Shown here in pieces: positions 42,442-52,194 of a stretch of 64,000 nucleotides of DNA (its first letter is position 1; each line of letters opens with the position of its first letter). The notes beneath the pieces are model-generated. The model did no database searches. It worked only from the letters and a program-made list of their open reading frames with translations, and was not told the DNA's origin. The stretch is from a virus, in IMG/VR virus record IMGVR_UViG_3300045988_010345; one strand, given 5' to 3'. Both the position numbers and the translations under genes were made by a program.

Positions 42442-43083
42442 ATGGATGAACTTATGATGTATGAGTACCTAAAAAAGAGAGGTATGGGTGGTATGAATGA
42501 GCATGAGTTCATGGATAAATTCAAGGATTTTATGAGTAAATATAGGAGAAGTTCAATGAGGCATGACAGAGAAGGAGACTTTATGCCTATGGATGACTTC
42601 TACATGAGAAGACATAATAGACCTGATGAGTTCATGGATATGTTTGATTCAAGAGGTGATAGATTCTCTGATAGATTCAATGAGTCTGGCATGAGAAGTG
42701 GTGATATGGATAGGATGATGAGATACATGAGGAACTCAATGGGGGGTTCAGAGAGTAAACACTTTACTGAATCTGAAGCTAAGTATCTTGTAGCTGATAT
42801 GTATCATACTGAGAATGGCAGAAAGTACAGTGGTGAGAAGTTTGATATGCACAAGGCAAAGGAGATTTGTGAGAGATATAGGGGAATACTCCCTACATCT
42901 GCTACAGTTGCTGATGTATATGTTGCAATCAACTCTCAGTACCATGACTATGCAGAACTGTTTAAGAACTGGTTTGGTGATGGTATAGAACAGAAAATAG
43001 TTGAATCTGCTATTGTATTCTGGTTTAAAGATTCAGACTGCAAAGCTGAAAACAAGGTAGTAGAATATCTTGGAGAATACTAA
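42442..43083 (+). CDS. hypothetical protein with Met/Asp/Arg/Phe-rich N-terminal half (213 aa)
   Basis: ORF track. Repeated (D/E)xFM(D/P) units. Confidence 0.6.
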   Translation: MDELMMYEYLKKRGMGGMNEHEFMDKFKDFMSKYRRSSMRHDREGDFMPMDDFYMRRHNRPDEFMDMFDSRGDRFSDRFNESGMRSGDMDRMMRYMRNSMGGSESKHFTESEAKYLVADMYHTENGRKYSGEKFDMHKAKEICERYRGILPTSATVADVYVAINSQYHDYAELFKNWFGDGIEQKIVESAIVFWFKDSDCKAENKVVEYLGEY

Positions 43084-43089
43084 TAAGAT

Positions 43090-43121
43090 AAGGGTAAGAG
43101 ATAATCTTACCCTTTCTTTTT
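43090..43121 (+). terminator. intrinsic terminator
   Basis: AGGGTAAGA-gataa-TCTTACCCT followed by TTCTTTTT. Confidence 0.7.
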
Positions 43122-43173
43122 GCCTATATTGCAAGTATTTTACTTATACAAGTAGAAGCAATTTATTTACTAT

Positions 43174-43205
43174 GTTGTAGATATGCAAAACTTTATTTAC
43201 CTTTG
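43174..43205 (+). promoter_or_regulatory. Bacteroides-type promoter for the scaffold-capsid operon (-33 GTTG 43174, -7 TACCTTTG 43198-43205)
   Basis: Consensus match, 24-nt spacing. Confidence 0.55.
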
Positions 43206-43235
43206 CACTGTTTAAGAACAAAAAGGTAGAAGAGT

Positions 43236-44402
43236 ATGGAAGAAGAACTTAGCTTAGATAACATCTTAGGAGCAGAGGAGATTGAGAATCTGTTTGTAGA
43301 AGATGGTGAGACACAGGATACCCCACCTGCAAATGGGGAACCTCCTAAGAAAGAGGAGGAGCCAAGTAAGGATAAAGAAGAAACTACTGAGGTTGTTGAT
43401 GTAGATAACTTATTTACTGATACACCAGAGAGCGTAGGTAGTGGAAAAGAAAATACAGAGGAAAAGGAAGATACCACTCCTAAAGGGGATGGCACTTCTC
43501 CCAAAAACTTCTACTCTTCCATTGCCAAAGCCTTGAAAGAGGAAGGTATCTTCCCAGACCTTGATGATGAGGGCTTATCTAAGGTTAAAGACCCTGAAGA
43601 CTTTAGAGATTTGATTGACCAACAGATAAAGGCAGGTCTTGATGAAAGACAGAAAAGAATTAATGAAGCCTTGAATGCTGGAGTCGAACCTACAGAGATT
43701 AGAAAGTATGAAAATACTATAAGCTTCCTTGATTCTATTAAGGAAGAGAATATTTCTGATGAAGGTGATAAGGGAGAAAAACTTAGAAAAGACCTGATTT
43801 ATCAAGACTTTATCAATAGAGGTTATAGTAAGGAGAGGGCTGCAAGAGAAGTGCAGAAGTCTTTCAATGCTGGCACTGATATTGATGATGCAAGAGAGGC
43901 TTTGAAAAGTAATATTGACTACTTCAGAGATAAGTATGATGAGCTTGTCAATGATGTTAAGTCAGAAGCAGAACAGGAAGAGAAGGAAAGAAAGGAACAG
44001 GCTGAAAAACTTAAATCATCAATCCTTAATGACAAGGATGTATTTGGAGATTTATCAGTAGATAAATCAACAAGACAGAAGATTTATGATAATATAGCCA
44101 AGCCTGTGTATAAAGACCCAGAGACAGGAGAGTACTTTACTGCTATCCAAAAGTATGAGATGGAGAACAGGACAGACTTCCTAAAGAACATTGGGTTACT
44201 TTTCACACTAACTGACGGCTTTAAGAACCTTGATGGTTTGGTGAAAGGTAAAGTAAAGAAAGAAGTAAAGAAAGGTCTTAGAGAGCTGGAACATACTCTC
44301 AACAACACAGCAAGAACCTCAGATGGTAATCTAAAGTTTGTCAGTGGAGTTGATGAGGACCCTGAATCCTTTATTGGTAAAGGGTGGAACCTTGATGTCT
44401 AA
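43236..44402 (+). CDS. scaffolding protein candidate
   Basis: 388 aa, strongly acidic and Lys-rich, helical/coiled-coil, immediately upstream of the capsid gene. Confidence 0.55.
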   Translation: MEEELSLDNILGAEEIENLFVEDGETQDTPPANGEPPKKEEEPSKDKEETTEVVDVDNLFTDTPESVGSGKENTEEKEDTTPKGDGTSPKNFYSSIAKALKEEGIFPDLDDEGLSKVKDPEDFRDLIDQQIKAGLDERQKRINEALNAGVEPTEIRKYENTISFLDSIKEENISDEGDKGEKLRKDLIYQDFINRGYSKERAAREVQKSFNAGTDIDDAREALKSNIDYFRDKYDELVNDVKSEAEQEEKERKEQAEKLKSSILNDKDVFGDLSVDKSTRQKIYDNIAKPVYKDPETGEYFTAIQKYEMENRTDFLKNIGLLFTLTDGFKNLDGLVKGKVKKEVKKGLRELEHTLNNTARTSDGNLKFVSGVDEDPESFIGKGWNLDV

Positions 44403-44444
44403 GCCCATAATATAGAGTAAAATAACTGATAAATTTAAGTAAAA

Positions 44445-45956
44445 ATGGCTGGAAAATTAGGTAAGTTTCAAATGGTAGGCTTCCAACACTGGAAGGGTCT
44501 TACTAAGGAAAACCACCTTGGTTCTATCTTTCAGTTAGCTCCACAGAAGGCTACAAACCTAATGGTGCAACTGTTGGCTTATTACAGAGGAAAGACACTT
44601 GACACATTCCTAAATCAATTCCCAACAAGAGAGTTTGAGGATGATAATGAATACTATTGGGATGTTATTGGTTCTTCAAGAAGAAACATTCCTCTTGTAG
44701 AAGCAAGAGATGAAAATGGCATTGTTGTTACAGATGCCAGTGGTATGGTTGGAGTAGGCACTGCTCCTTTCTATTTAGTATTCCCTGAAGATTGGTTTGC
44801 TGATGGTGAGTACATTGTAGGTAATCTGAATGAAATCTATCAGTTCAGAATACTTGGAGACCCAAGAATGGAGGGTACTAATGCAGTGTATAAGGTAGAG
44901 CTTGCTGGTGGTAATACAGCAGGTGTTCCTGCTGAAAGATTGCTTGCAGGTGAGAGATTCTCAGTTGAGGCTGCATTTGTTGAGAAGGAACTTTCAAGAA
45001 AGGTTGGTGATGTAAGGTTTACAAGCCCTGTTTCTATGAGAAATGAGTGGTCTGTAGTAAGAATCCAACACAAGGTCCCAGGCTCTATGTTGAACAAGAA
45101 GCTGGCTGTAGGTATTCCTATTGTTAAGGAAACTGAGGGTAGATATACTAAGTCAGTTGCTACAATGTGGATGCACAATGTAGATTGGGAAGTAGAGCAG
45201 CAATTCTCTGAGTATAAGAACAATGCACTTGCATTTGGTAGAAGCAACAGAAATGCCAATGGTGAGTACATGAACTTTGGTAAGTCTGGTAATGTTATTA
45301 AGACAGGTGCTGGTCTGTTTGAGCAGATGGAAGTTGCTAATACTATGTATTACAACACATTTAGCTTGAAGCTCCTTGAAGATGCTCTATATGAGCTTTC
45401 TGCTTCTAAGTTAGACTTTGGAGACAGATACTTCTTGATTAAGACTGGTGAAAGAGGTGCTATCCAATTCCATAAGGAAGTACTAAAGACAGTATCAGGT
45501 TGGACACAATTTGTTCTTGACAACAGCTCTATTGGTGTTATTCAAAAGACTCAATCTAAGTTGCATCAAAACTCATTGAGTGCTGGTTTCCAATTTGTTG
45601 AGTATAAGGCTCCTAATGGCGTTAGAGTCAAGATTGATGTAGACCCATTCTATGATGACCCAGTAAGAAACAAGATACTCCACCCAAATGGAGGTGTTGC
45701 CTTCTCTTACAGATATGATATTATGTACATTGGTACTATGGACCAACCTAATATCTTTAAGTGTAAGATTAAGGGTGACAATGAATACAGAGGTTATCAG
45801 TGGGGATTGAGAAACCCATTCACAGGTCAAAAGGGTAATCCTTACATGTCATTTGATGAGGATTCTGCTGTAATTCACAGAATGGCTACTCTTGGTATCT
45901 GTGTTCTTGACCCAACAAGAACTATGTCACTAATCCCTGCAATCCTACAGGGTTAA
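44445..45956 (+). CDS. major capsid protein candidate (503 aa)
   Basis: Position after the scaffold-like gene and before a strong terminator. The size is typical of crAss-like HK97-fold capsid proteins. No motif-level proof is possible by eye. Confidence 0.65.
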   Translation: MAGKLGKFQMVGFQHWKGLTKENHLGSIFQLAPQKATNLMVQLLAYYRGKTLDTFLNQFPTREFEDDNEYYWDVIGSSRRNIPLVEARDENGIVVTDASGMVGVGTAPFYLVFPEDWFADGEYIVGNLNEIYQFRILGDPRMEGTNAVYKVELAGGNTAGVPAERLLAGERFSVEAAFVEKELSRKVGDVRFTSPVSMRNEWSVVRIQHKVPGSMLNKKLAVGIPIVKETEGRYTKSVATMWMHNVDWEVEQQFSEYKNNALAFGRSNRNANGEYMNFGKSGNVIKTGAGLFEQMEVANTMYYNTFSLKLLEDALYELSASKLDFGDRYFLIKTGERGAIQFHKEVLKTVSGWTQFVLDNSSIGVIQKTQSKLHQNSLSAGFQFVEYKAPNGVRVKIDVDPFYDDPVRNKILHPNGGVAFSYRYDIMYIGTMDQPNIFKCKIKGDNEYRGYQWGLRNPFTGQKGNPYMSFDEDSAVIHRMATLGICVLDPTRTMSLIPAILQG

Positions 45957-45965
45957 TGATAAAAA

Positions 45966-46004
45966 AGGAAAGTAGGATAAACTCCTGCTTTCCTTATTTT
46001 ATTT
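45966..46004 (+). terminator. intrinsic terminator after the capsid gene
   Basis: AGGAAAGTAGGA-taaac-TCCTGCTTTCCT (12-bp stem with one G-U pair) followed by TATTTTATTT. Confidence 0.65.
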
Positions 46005-46024
46005 AATATAATTAAGGAGAAGAT

Positions 46025-47047
46025 ATGGCAGAAAAGAAAATGGAAGAGAAGGTGGATTATACTGTACCTGACTTTGATATAGACAATACAGAGACTCCAC
46101 TCCAGGAAGTACCAAAAGAAGAGGCTACTGTAAAAAGCCCTAAGAAAACACAAAAGAAAGTAGAAGTATCTGATGATGCCTTAGTTAGTTGTCTGAAAAA
46201 TGAGAGAATTATTGTAAGACATGTACCTAAGCTGACAGGTATGTGGGGTAATAACCCTAAGCATGTATTGTCAGGAGGTATGGCAGAAGGTGCAATTAGA
46301 ACATTTGTAGTACCAAGATTATCTTCAGGCATGTTCATTAATGTCCTTACAGACAAGGAAAAGGCATTTCTTGAGGAAATGATGGGTCTTGAATATAATG
46401 CACTAAGTATCTATAAGAAGGTAGATAACTTCTGGGATGATTCTAATGAGAATGGTATCAATAAGGTAAGATTGACAAAGCAGGATAACTACTTCAATCT
46501 ATCTGACCCAGAGGACTACATCAGATATAAGATACTATTAGCCAACAAGGATTATATTGCTCCTTCACTGCAAGCATTGCAAGATACTCCTAAGGCTACT
46601 TACCAGTTTGTTATCATTTCTGAGGGTGAAGAGACTAAGGTTGCTAAGAACAACATGAGCACTACAATGATGTGCTATAAAGAGTTTGGTAAGATTGAGA
46701 ATGACGTTGATACATTAAGAGTTATTGTTGAGACCATTGATGGTAGACCTACGTCACAGACTGCTAAACTTGAGTTCTTACAAACTAAGGTTAATAGCTT
46801 AATACAGGCTGATAGCAAGATATTCTTGAAGGTTATTACTGACCCAATGCTTTCTACAAAAGTTCTTATCAGGAGAGCTATAGAGGCAGGGCTAATCTCT
46901 AATAGGGGGAATTATCTATATTTGAGAAAGGATAATACTCCACTTTGTGAGGCTAATGAAGAGCCTACATTAAATGTAGCAGCTAAATACTTAAACTCTC
47001 CTAAGCATCAAGAAGTTAAATTTGCTTTGGAAGCTAAGCTGAAGTAA
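46025..47047 (+). CDS. virion structural protein candidate (340 aa)
   Basis: ORF track. AAGGAG lies 7 nt upstream of the ATG. Confidence 0.6.
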   Translation: MAEKKMEEKVDYTVPDFDIDNTETPLQEVPKEEATVKSPKKTQKKVEVSDDALVSCLKNERIIVRHVPKLTGMWGNNPKHVLSGGMAEGAIRTFVVPRLSSGMFINVLTDKEKAFLEEMMGLEYNALSIYKKVDNFWDDSNENGINKVRLTKQDNYFNLSDPEDYIRYKILLANKDYIAPSLQALQDTPKATYQFVIISEGEETKVAKNNMSTTMMCYKEFGKIENDVDTLRVIVETIDGRPTSQTAKLEFLQTKVNSLIQADSKIFLKVITDPMLSTKVLIRRAIEAGLISNRGNYLYLRKDNTPLCEANEEPTLNVAAKYLNSPKHQEVKFALEAKLK

Positions 47048-47056
47048 GAAAAGAGT

Positions 47057-48193
47057 ATGACAACACAGGAATTTTCTAATGAATTTGAGGTTCTGTATAA
47101 CAATATAATGAGCAATCAGGCTCCAGGTCTTGATGAGTATGAGAAAAGTGTATTCTTAACTAAAGCTCAAGAGGAGTTAGTCAGAGATTACTTTAATAGT
47201 AGGAATGTAAAGAATGCTCAAGGATTTGATGATAGTCAAAAAAGACAATATGACTTTAGTACATTGTTAAGTGGTGCAGAACTGTATGATTGTGCAGATA
47301 ATATAAGGGCATTAGCTGCATCTAATTTGATTACATTTAATCCTGTTTTTGATAATAGGTCAAGAGTGTATCTTGCTCCATCAGATTTATTCTTAGCAAT
47401 AAATGAGAGTATTGAAGATTCTGCAAAAAGAAGATATTCTGTATTACCTATATCTTATGATGAATATAATAGGCTTATGTCAAAGCCCTATGGCTTTCCA
47501 TTAAAAAGACAAGCATGGAGAATTATCTCTGATAGAATCCCATTTTTAGCAGGATGGGGTGGAAAACTGACTGATTCTGGAATATTTCTTTTTAAGAGTA
47601 AGTACTTCAAAGTTATTAAAATTAGAATTAGAATCTCTAATTCTAATCTTATAAGTAAACCCTTTATAATTGAAGATGATAATGGCGTAGCGATAAACAT
47701 GACTTTACCTATTAATTTAATAGAGTATTGGCGTACTTATTTAGCAGATGATAGAAGTCTGAAATCAGCAGGATTAGATAAATATCTTTATCCCGTTACT
47801 CCAGATACAGGAAATTTTCCTACAAAGGGTCCTACAGATACATCCTTATTTACTATAAATATTGCTCCTGCTACTATGGAATCTGGTGCAGCTGTACACA
47901 CCTCTGCATTTGAAATTATAGGCAGATTTACTGGTGATATAACATATAAAATGAGGTATATTAAAACCCCTAAGCCTATTATACTTGTAAATCTTTCTGA
48001 TATTCAAGAGGGTTTATCTATTAATGGGTATAATACTGTTACTGAATGTGAACTCCCTCCCAATACTCACCAAGAAATATTACAAAGAGCAGTAGAATTG
48101 GCTAAGGCTAGTTATCAAGGAGACCTATCTTCTGTTATACAGACAGGTAATGTTAGTGGTACTGATATAGGATATGTAAATAACCAAAGATAA
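47057..48193 (+). CDS. head/tail-interface structural protein candidate, paralog A (378 aa)
   Basis: The N-terminus MTTQEFSNEFEVLYNN...LDEYEKSVFLTKAQEELVRDYFN and the C-terminus ...CELPPNTHQEILQRAVELAK are shared with the next ORF. Confidence 0.6.
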   Translation: MTTQEFSNEFEVLYNNIMSNQAPGLDEYEKSVFLTKAQEELVRDYFNSRNVKNAQGFDDSQKRQYDFSTLLSGAELYDCADNIRALAASNLITFNPVFDNRSRVYLAPSDLFLAINESIEDSAKRRYSVLPISYDEYNRLMSKPYGFPLKRQAWRIISDRIPFLAGWGGKLTDSGIFLFKSKYFKVIKIRIRISNSNLISKPFIIEDDNGVAINMTLPINLIEYWRTYLADDRSLKSAGLDKYLYPVTPDTGNFPTKGPTDTSLFTINIAPATMESGAAVHTSAFEIIGRFTGDITYKMRYIKTPKPIILVNLSDIQEGLSINGYNTVTECELPPNTHQEILQRAVELAKASYQGDLSSVIQTGNVSGTDIGYVNNQR

Positions 48194-48903
48194 TGACAAC
48201 TGAAGAATTTTCTAATGAGTTTGACACCTTACTGAATAGCTATTCTACCATAGAGGCATTTGGAAAGACACCTAGCACTGTTGAACTTGATGAATATGAG
48301 AAGTCTGTATTTCTCACTAAAGCTCAAGAAGAGATAGTGATAGATATGTATAATGGTAAGAATCCATTTGGAGACTCATTTGAGAAGACTGAGGAAATCA
48401 GAAGATACTTGAGTACCCTAATAAAGACTTACACAACTACTGACAAGAAAGTAGGATATACAGGACTGTCCAAATCCTCAGTATTCTTTGAATTACCTAA
48501 AGATGACTTATGGTTTATAACCTATGAATCAGTTAATTTGAAAGATGATGGATTAGGATGTATGAGTGGTGAAGACATCTCTGTAATACCAATTACTCAA
48601 GATGAGTACCATAGAATAAGGAAAAATCCTTTCAGAGGTACTAATGAAAGAAGGGCTTTAAGACTTGATTTGAGTGATAAGGTAGTAGAGATAGTATCAA
48701 AATATAATGTGGAGAGTTATCTTATCAGATACCTTTCAAGACCTGCTCCCATTATATTAACTGATTTGACAGAAAACCTGTCAATCAATGGCATAAGTGT
48801 AAAAACAGAATGTGAATTGAACCCTGTAATACATAGAGCTATACTTGAGAGAGCAGTAAAACTTGCCATCATAAGTAGGGTTCCAAATGCAGGAAAAGAA
48901 TAA
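48193..48903 (+). CDS. head/tail-interface structural protein candidate, paralog B (236 aa)
   Basis: MTTEEFSNEFDTLLNS...LDEYEKSVFLTKAQEEIVIDMYNG ... CELNPVIHRAILERAVKLA. The start overlaps the stop of paralog A (ATAATG). Confidence 0.6.
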   Translation: MTTEEFSNEFDTLLNSYSTIEAFGKTPSTVELDEYEKSVFLTKAQEEIVIDMYNGKNPFGDSFEKTEEIRRYLSTLIKTYTTTDKKVGYTGLSKSSVFFELPKDDLWFITYESVNLKDDGLGCMSGEDISVIPITQDEYHRIRKNPFRGTNERRALRLDLSDKVVEIVSKYNVESYLIRYLSRPAPIILTDLTENLSINGISVKTECELNPVIHRAILERAVKLAIISRVPNAGKE

Positions 48904-48928
48904 ATTTGTAAACTAAATAATTATAATT

Positions 48929-49948
48929 ATGAGTGTTTTTTCAACAAACCAAGTAAGACAGCTTTATGTGGCAAAGGTACTGAAGACTCCTCGTGTACTT
49001 GCATCAGATACTGCTGGCTCTATTGCAGTAAAGAATGATACTGCAAAGAATCACCTGTATTTTGAATACAAGGGTGCTGACAACTTGATGAGAAGTGACC
49101 TGATTGACGTCAAGAATATCCTTTATGCTAAGGCTACTGATGCTGATGATATGGCACATGAGTTGAAGGCAGTTACAGTAACTCTTGATAGTGAAGTAAA
49201 TGCAGCTCCTGTAGCTGGACAGGATTATATCCTAAGAATTGCATTCAAGCAGTATGTAGGTATGTCTGATGAAGACCAGTACTTCAAGTATGGTATGGTA
49301 CATGCTTATGCAGGCATGACAGCTTCAGACTTCTACAAGAAGTTAGCTCTATCACTGGCTAAGAACTTTAGTAGAGAGGTAGTTCCTCTTGTTAAATTTA
49401 TCTTGACAGATTCAAGTGATGAGGCAGTTCCTGTTGATGCTACTACAAAGGAAAGCTCTTTAACTGGAACTTACAAGGCACTTGTTATTGATGAGGTTGA
49501 GCAGCCTTGGAGACTTGGTATCATGGAGCAAACTCCTGTATATTTTGAAGTACAGCCTGTCCCAGTTACTGTAAATGGTGATGAGAGAATTTGGGGTAAA
49601 GTAGAAGAAACTGACCCTGCTGGCACCATTGCTAATGGCAAGAAGATTGCAGACCTTGAGTATTTCTGCATGGGTGAGAGAGGAGACATGTATAGAGGTA
49701 TTGGTTATCCTAACAATATTCCTACTACTTATCTTGTAGACCCAACTGTTAAGTATAATGTGATTGATATACACTATGCTTATGTAGGTAGCAATGAGTC
49801 AGTTCAGAAGTCTGAAAAGACAATTACTCTTGTAGTACCAAAGGTAGGAGCAACTAACTCAGTAAGTAATAAGCTAGCTAATGATATTATTAAGGCAATT
49901 AATACTGCTACAGGTTTGTCTATAGCTACTCTTAGTGTGGCAGGATAA
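48929..49948 (+). CDS. abundant virion protein candidate (339 aa; auxiliary capsid/decoration-type by position)
   Basis: ORF followed by a strong terminator. Beta-rich composition. The functional label is positional only. Confidence 0.5.
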   Translation: MSVFSTNQVRQLYVAKVLKTPRVLASDTAGSIAVKNDTAKNHLYFEYKGADNLMRSDLIDVKNILYAKATDADDMAHELKAVTVTLDSEVNAAPVAGQDYILRIAFKQYVGMSDEDQYFKYGMVHAYAGMTASDFYKKLALSLAKNFSREVVPLVKFILTDSSDEAVPVDATTKESSLTGTYKALVIDEVEQPWRLGIMEQTPVYFEVQPVPVTVNGDERIWGKVEETDPAGTIANGKKIADLEYFCMGERGDMYRGIGYPNNIPTTYLVDPTVKYNVIDIHYAYVGSNESVQKSEKTITLVVPKVGATNSVSNKLANDIIKAINTATGLSIATLSVAG

Positions 49949-49959
49949 AATAAACTAAT

Positions 49960-49990
49960 AAGGGAGGCTATTAAGTCTCCCTTTCTTTTT
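49960..49990 (+). terminator. intrinsic terminator
   Basis: AGGGAG-gctattaagt-CTCCCT followed by TTCTTTTT. Confidence 0.7.
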
Positions 49991-50006
49991 ATGTAAGCAT
50001 TTGATT

Positions 50007-50570
50007 ATGGTAACATTTCAAGAGTTAAGAATAACCCCTGATGGGCAAAAGCTGATTATAGATGTATCTGTCAAGGACTTAGAGTATTACACAAATGTAT
50101 ATCTTGATACTATACAGATAGATACTCAAGATACCTTTGTTGAGTCTGGTCCAAGTAGTAAAGTTGTATATACAGAAGCTATAGGAGGAAATACTAAGTC
50201 AGCCAGATTAGAACTAGGAACAGGACACCTATTACCAACTCTTAATGACAATCTTTTCTTTGTGTATGTTAGAACTAAGGGCACACCTTCTGCATATACT
50301 CCTTGTGGGATGGATAATATTACTACATTGGGAGTTGTATCTAACCTTTATCCTCTGTACCAACATGCCTTTAGTTACATTAAAGAATTGAGTGATACTT
50401 GTTCTATTCCTAAGAACTTCATCAACTATATACTTCAATATAAAGCATTTGAACTTGCTATAAAGACAGGTCATTATACTGAGGCAATAAAGTATTGGAA
50501 GAGATTCTTTATGGGAATTAAAGACTCAGTGATAACCCCTAATTGTGGATGCTATGGACAAGGTACTTAA
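50007..50570 (+). CDS. hypothetical structural protein (about 187 aa)
   Basis: ORF track, which starts at a TTG at 50001. The first ATG is at 50007. Confidence 0.55.
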   Translation: MVTFQELRITPDGQKLIIDVSVKDLEYYTNVYLDTIQIDTQDTFVESGPSSKVVYTEAIGGNTKSARLELGTGHLLPTLNDNLFFVYVRTKGTPSAYTPCGMDNITTLGVVSNLYPLYQHAFSYIKELSDTCSIPKNFINYILQYKAFELAIKTGHYTEAIKYWKRFFMGIKDSVITPNCGCYGQGT

Positions 50571-50820
50571 TGAATCACTTACAAGATATTTCAATGTCCT
50601 ATCAAAGTTAGGATATATGAGTTATTCAGAGGTAGATAAACTATTGGTGCTAATATTCATATATGATTTGCTTGAGAGTGATTGTAAGTCCTTTATAACA
50701 GAAGAAGAGTATAGAATTTTAGATAATGCCCTATACTGTTTATATGGTTCTACTTGCTTAATACCTTATCCAGAGTATATAGCAAGCACTTCAATCTCCT
50801 GTACAGGCAAGTCAGTATAA
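50545..50820 (+). CDS. hypothetical protein (91 aa)
   Basis: ORF track. Confidence 0.5.
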   Translation: MDAMDKVLNESLTRYFNVLSKLGYMSYSEVDKLLVLIFIYDLLESDCKSFITEEEYRILDNALYCLYGSTCLIPYPEYIASTSISCTGKSV

Positions 50821-50859
50821 TTATTACATTAATACTTCTGACATAAAAATAGTAAAATC

Positions 50860-50891
50860 CTTGTGTAACTGATAATAATTACTTATCTTTG
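50860..50891 (+). promoter_or_regulatory. Bacteroides-type promoter (-33 CTTG 50860, -7 TATCTTTG 50884-50891) bracketed by a 12-bp perfect inverted repeat
   Basis: Consensus match, 24-nt spacing. AAAATCCTTGTG (50854-50865) is the reverse complement of CACAAGGATTTT (50892-50903). Confidence 0.55.
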
Positions 50892-50926
50892 CACAAGGAT
50901 TTTTAGTTATAGTAAATAATGATGTT

Positions 50927-51616
50927 ATGAGCACATATAAAGAATTAACCTATATGGTACTTGATGAGTTGAAACTGTACTCAGATGATGCCCTATATAC
51001 AGAGGAGCATGTAATGTTTCTACTTGGTAAGTATAGGACATTTCTATTGAAACAGAGATACTCAGATGTAAAGAAGCAGATACCTGAGAGTAACTATCAG
51101 ACTATATGCTTGGATTTAATTGAGGTACCTGCTATATCAGGTGAACCTTGTGAAGGTGGTTTTTATCTAAGAAGTAAGGAGAAGATACCTTTCCTAATGA
51201 AGATAGGTAATCCCAAGGTATATCCAGTTGATTATTATCAAGGAGAGATTACCTATGTAAGTAGGGAAAGGATGAGATATGTAGGATATAATAAGTATCT
51301 GAAAAATATCATCTATGCTTCTATTGGTCCAGATAATTATCTATACTTTAAGTCTTTCAATCCACAGTATTTGTATCTTGAAAAGGCAAGAATGACAGGT
51401 ATATTTGAAGACCTACAGGCTGCATCAGAATTGCAGTGTCCTAATGAGAATGGTGATACAGTATGTGATATATTAGATAGAGAGTTCCCTATAGAATCTG
51501 CATTAGTACCTCCACTTATCCAGCTTGTAGTCGAAGAATTGACTAAGGCTGAATACAAGCCAGAAGACAAGGAAAATAATTCTGATGATGACTTATCTAA
51601 TGTAACAACTAAATAG
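50927..51616 (+). CDS. hypothetical structural protein (229 aa)
   Basis: ORF track. Confidence 0.6.
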   Translation: MSTYKELTYMVLDELKLYSDDALYTEEHVMFLLGKYRTFLLKQRYSDVKKQIPESNYQTICLDLIEVPAISGEPCEGGFYLRSKEKIPFLMKIGNPKVYPVDYYQGEITYVSRERMRYVGYNKYLKNIIYASIGPDNYLYFKSFNPQYLYLEKARMTGIFEDLQAASELQCPNENGDTVCDILDREFPIESALVPPLIQLVVEELTKAEYKPEDKENNSDDDLSNVTTK

Positions 51617-51622
51617 TGAGTT

Positions 51623-52192
51623 ATGGAATCTTGTCAAGAAGAGAAGGGTAGGGGATTGGTTGATTTCCTAAACTTCATTAAGAAAGTGAATGAGCCAAGG
51701 GTTCATAAGGTTAGAGGTTCTTATGGTGTATATGATGCCTATAAGTGGATAAGAAAGAATAGATGGCTCAATATTGGAAGATGCCTTACAGAACATGAGT
51801 TCTACAGCATTATAAGGAAGGTTAATGATTACTTAGCTGATAGTTTCCTTCATGGTAATGATATTAAGTTACCACATAGAATGGGTAGAATAGAGCTAAG
51901 GAAATATGATGTGAGAGTTAGTTTTGATGGTGAGAAAGTTAAGACTAACCTACCTATAGACTGGGATAAAACTCTTAAATTATGGTATGAAGATGAAGAA
52001 GCCTATAAGGAAAAAACACTTGTTAAAGTGGAGGAAAAAGAAATTTTTAAAGTCTACTATAATAAGCAATTAGCAGACTATAATAATCAGGTCTTCTATG
52101 AATTTAATATCAATAGAGAACTGAAGAAGAGATTGAAACAAAGAATAAAAGAAGGAAAATTAGATGCTTTTATATTATGTGGGAAGATTTAA
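51623..52192 (+). CDS. hypothetical basic protein (189 aa)
   Basis: ORF track. Confidence 0.6.
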   Translation: MESCQEEKGRGLVDFLNFIKKVNEPRVHKVRGSYGVYDAYKWIRKNRWLNIGRCLTEHEFYSIIRKVNDYLADSFLHGNDIKLPHRMGRIELRKYDVRVSFDGEKVKTNLPIDWDKTLKLWYEDEEAYKEKTLVKVEEKEIFKVYYNKQLADYNNQVFYEFNINRELKKRLKQRIKEGKLDAFILCGKI

Positions 52193-52194
52193 AT

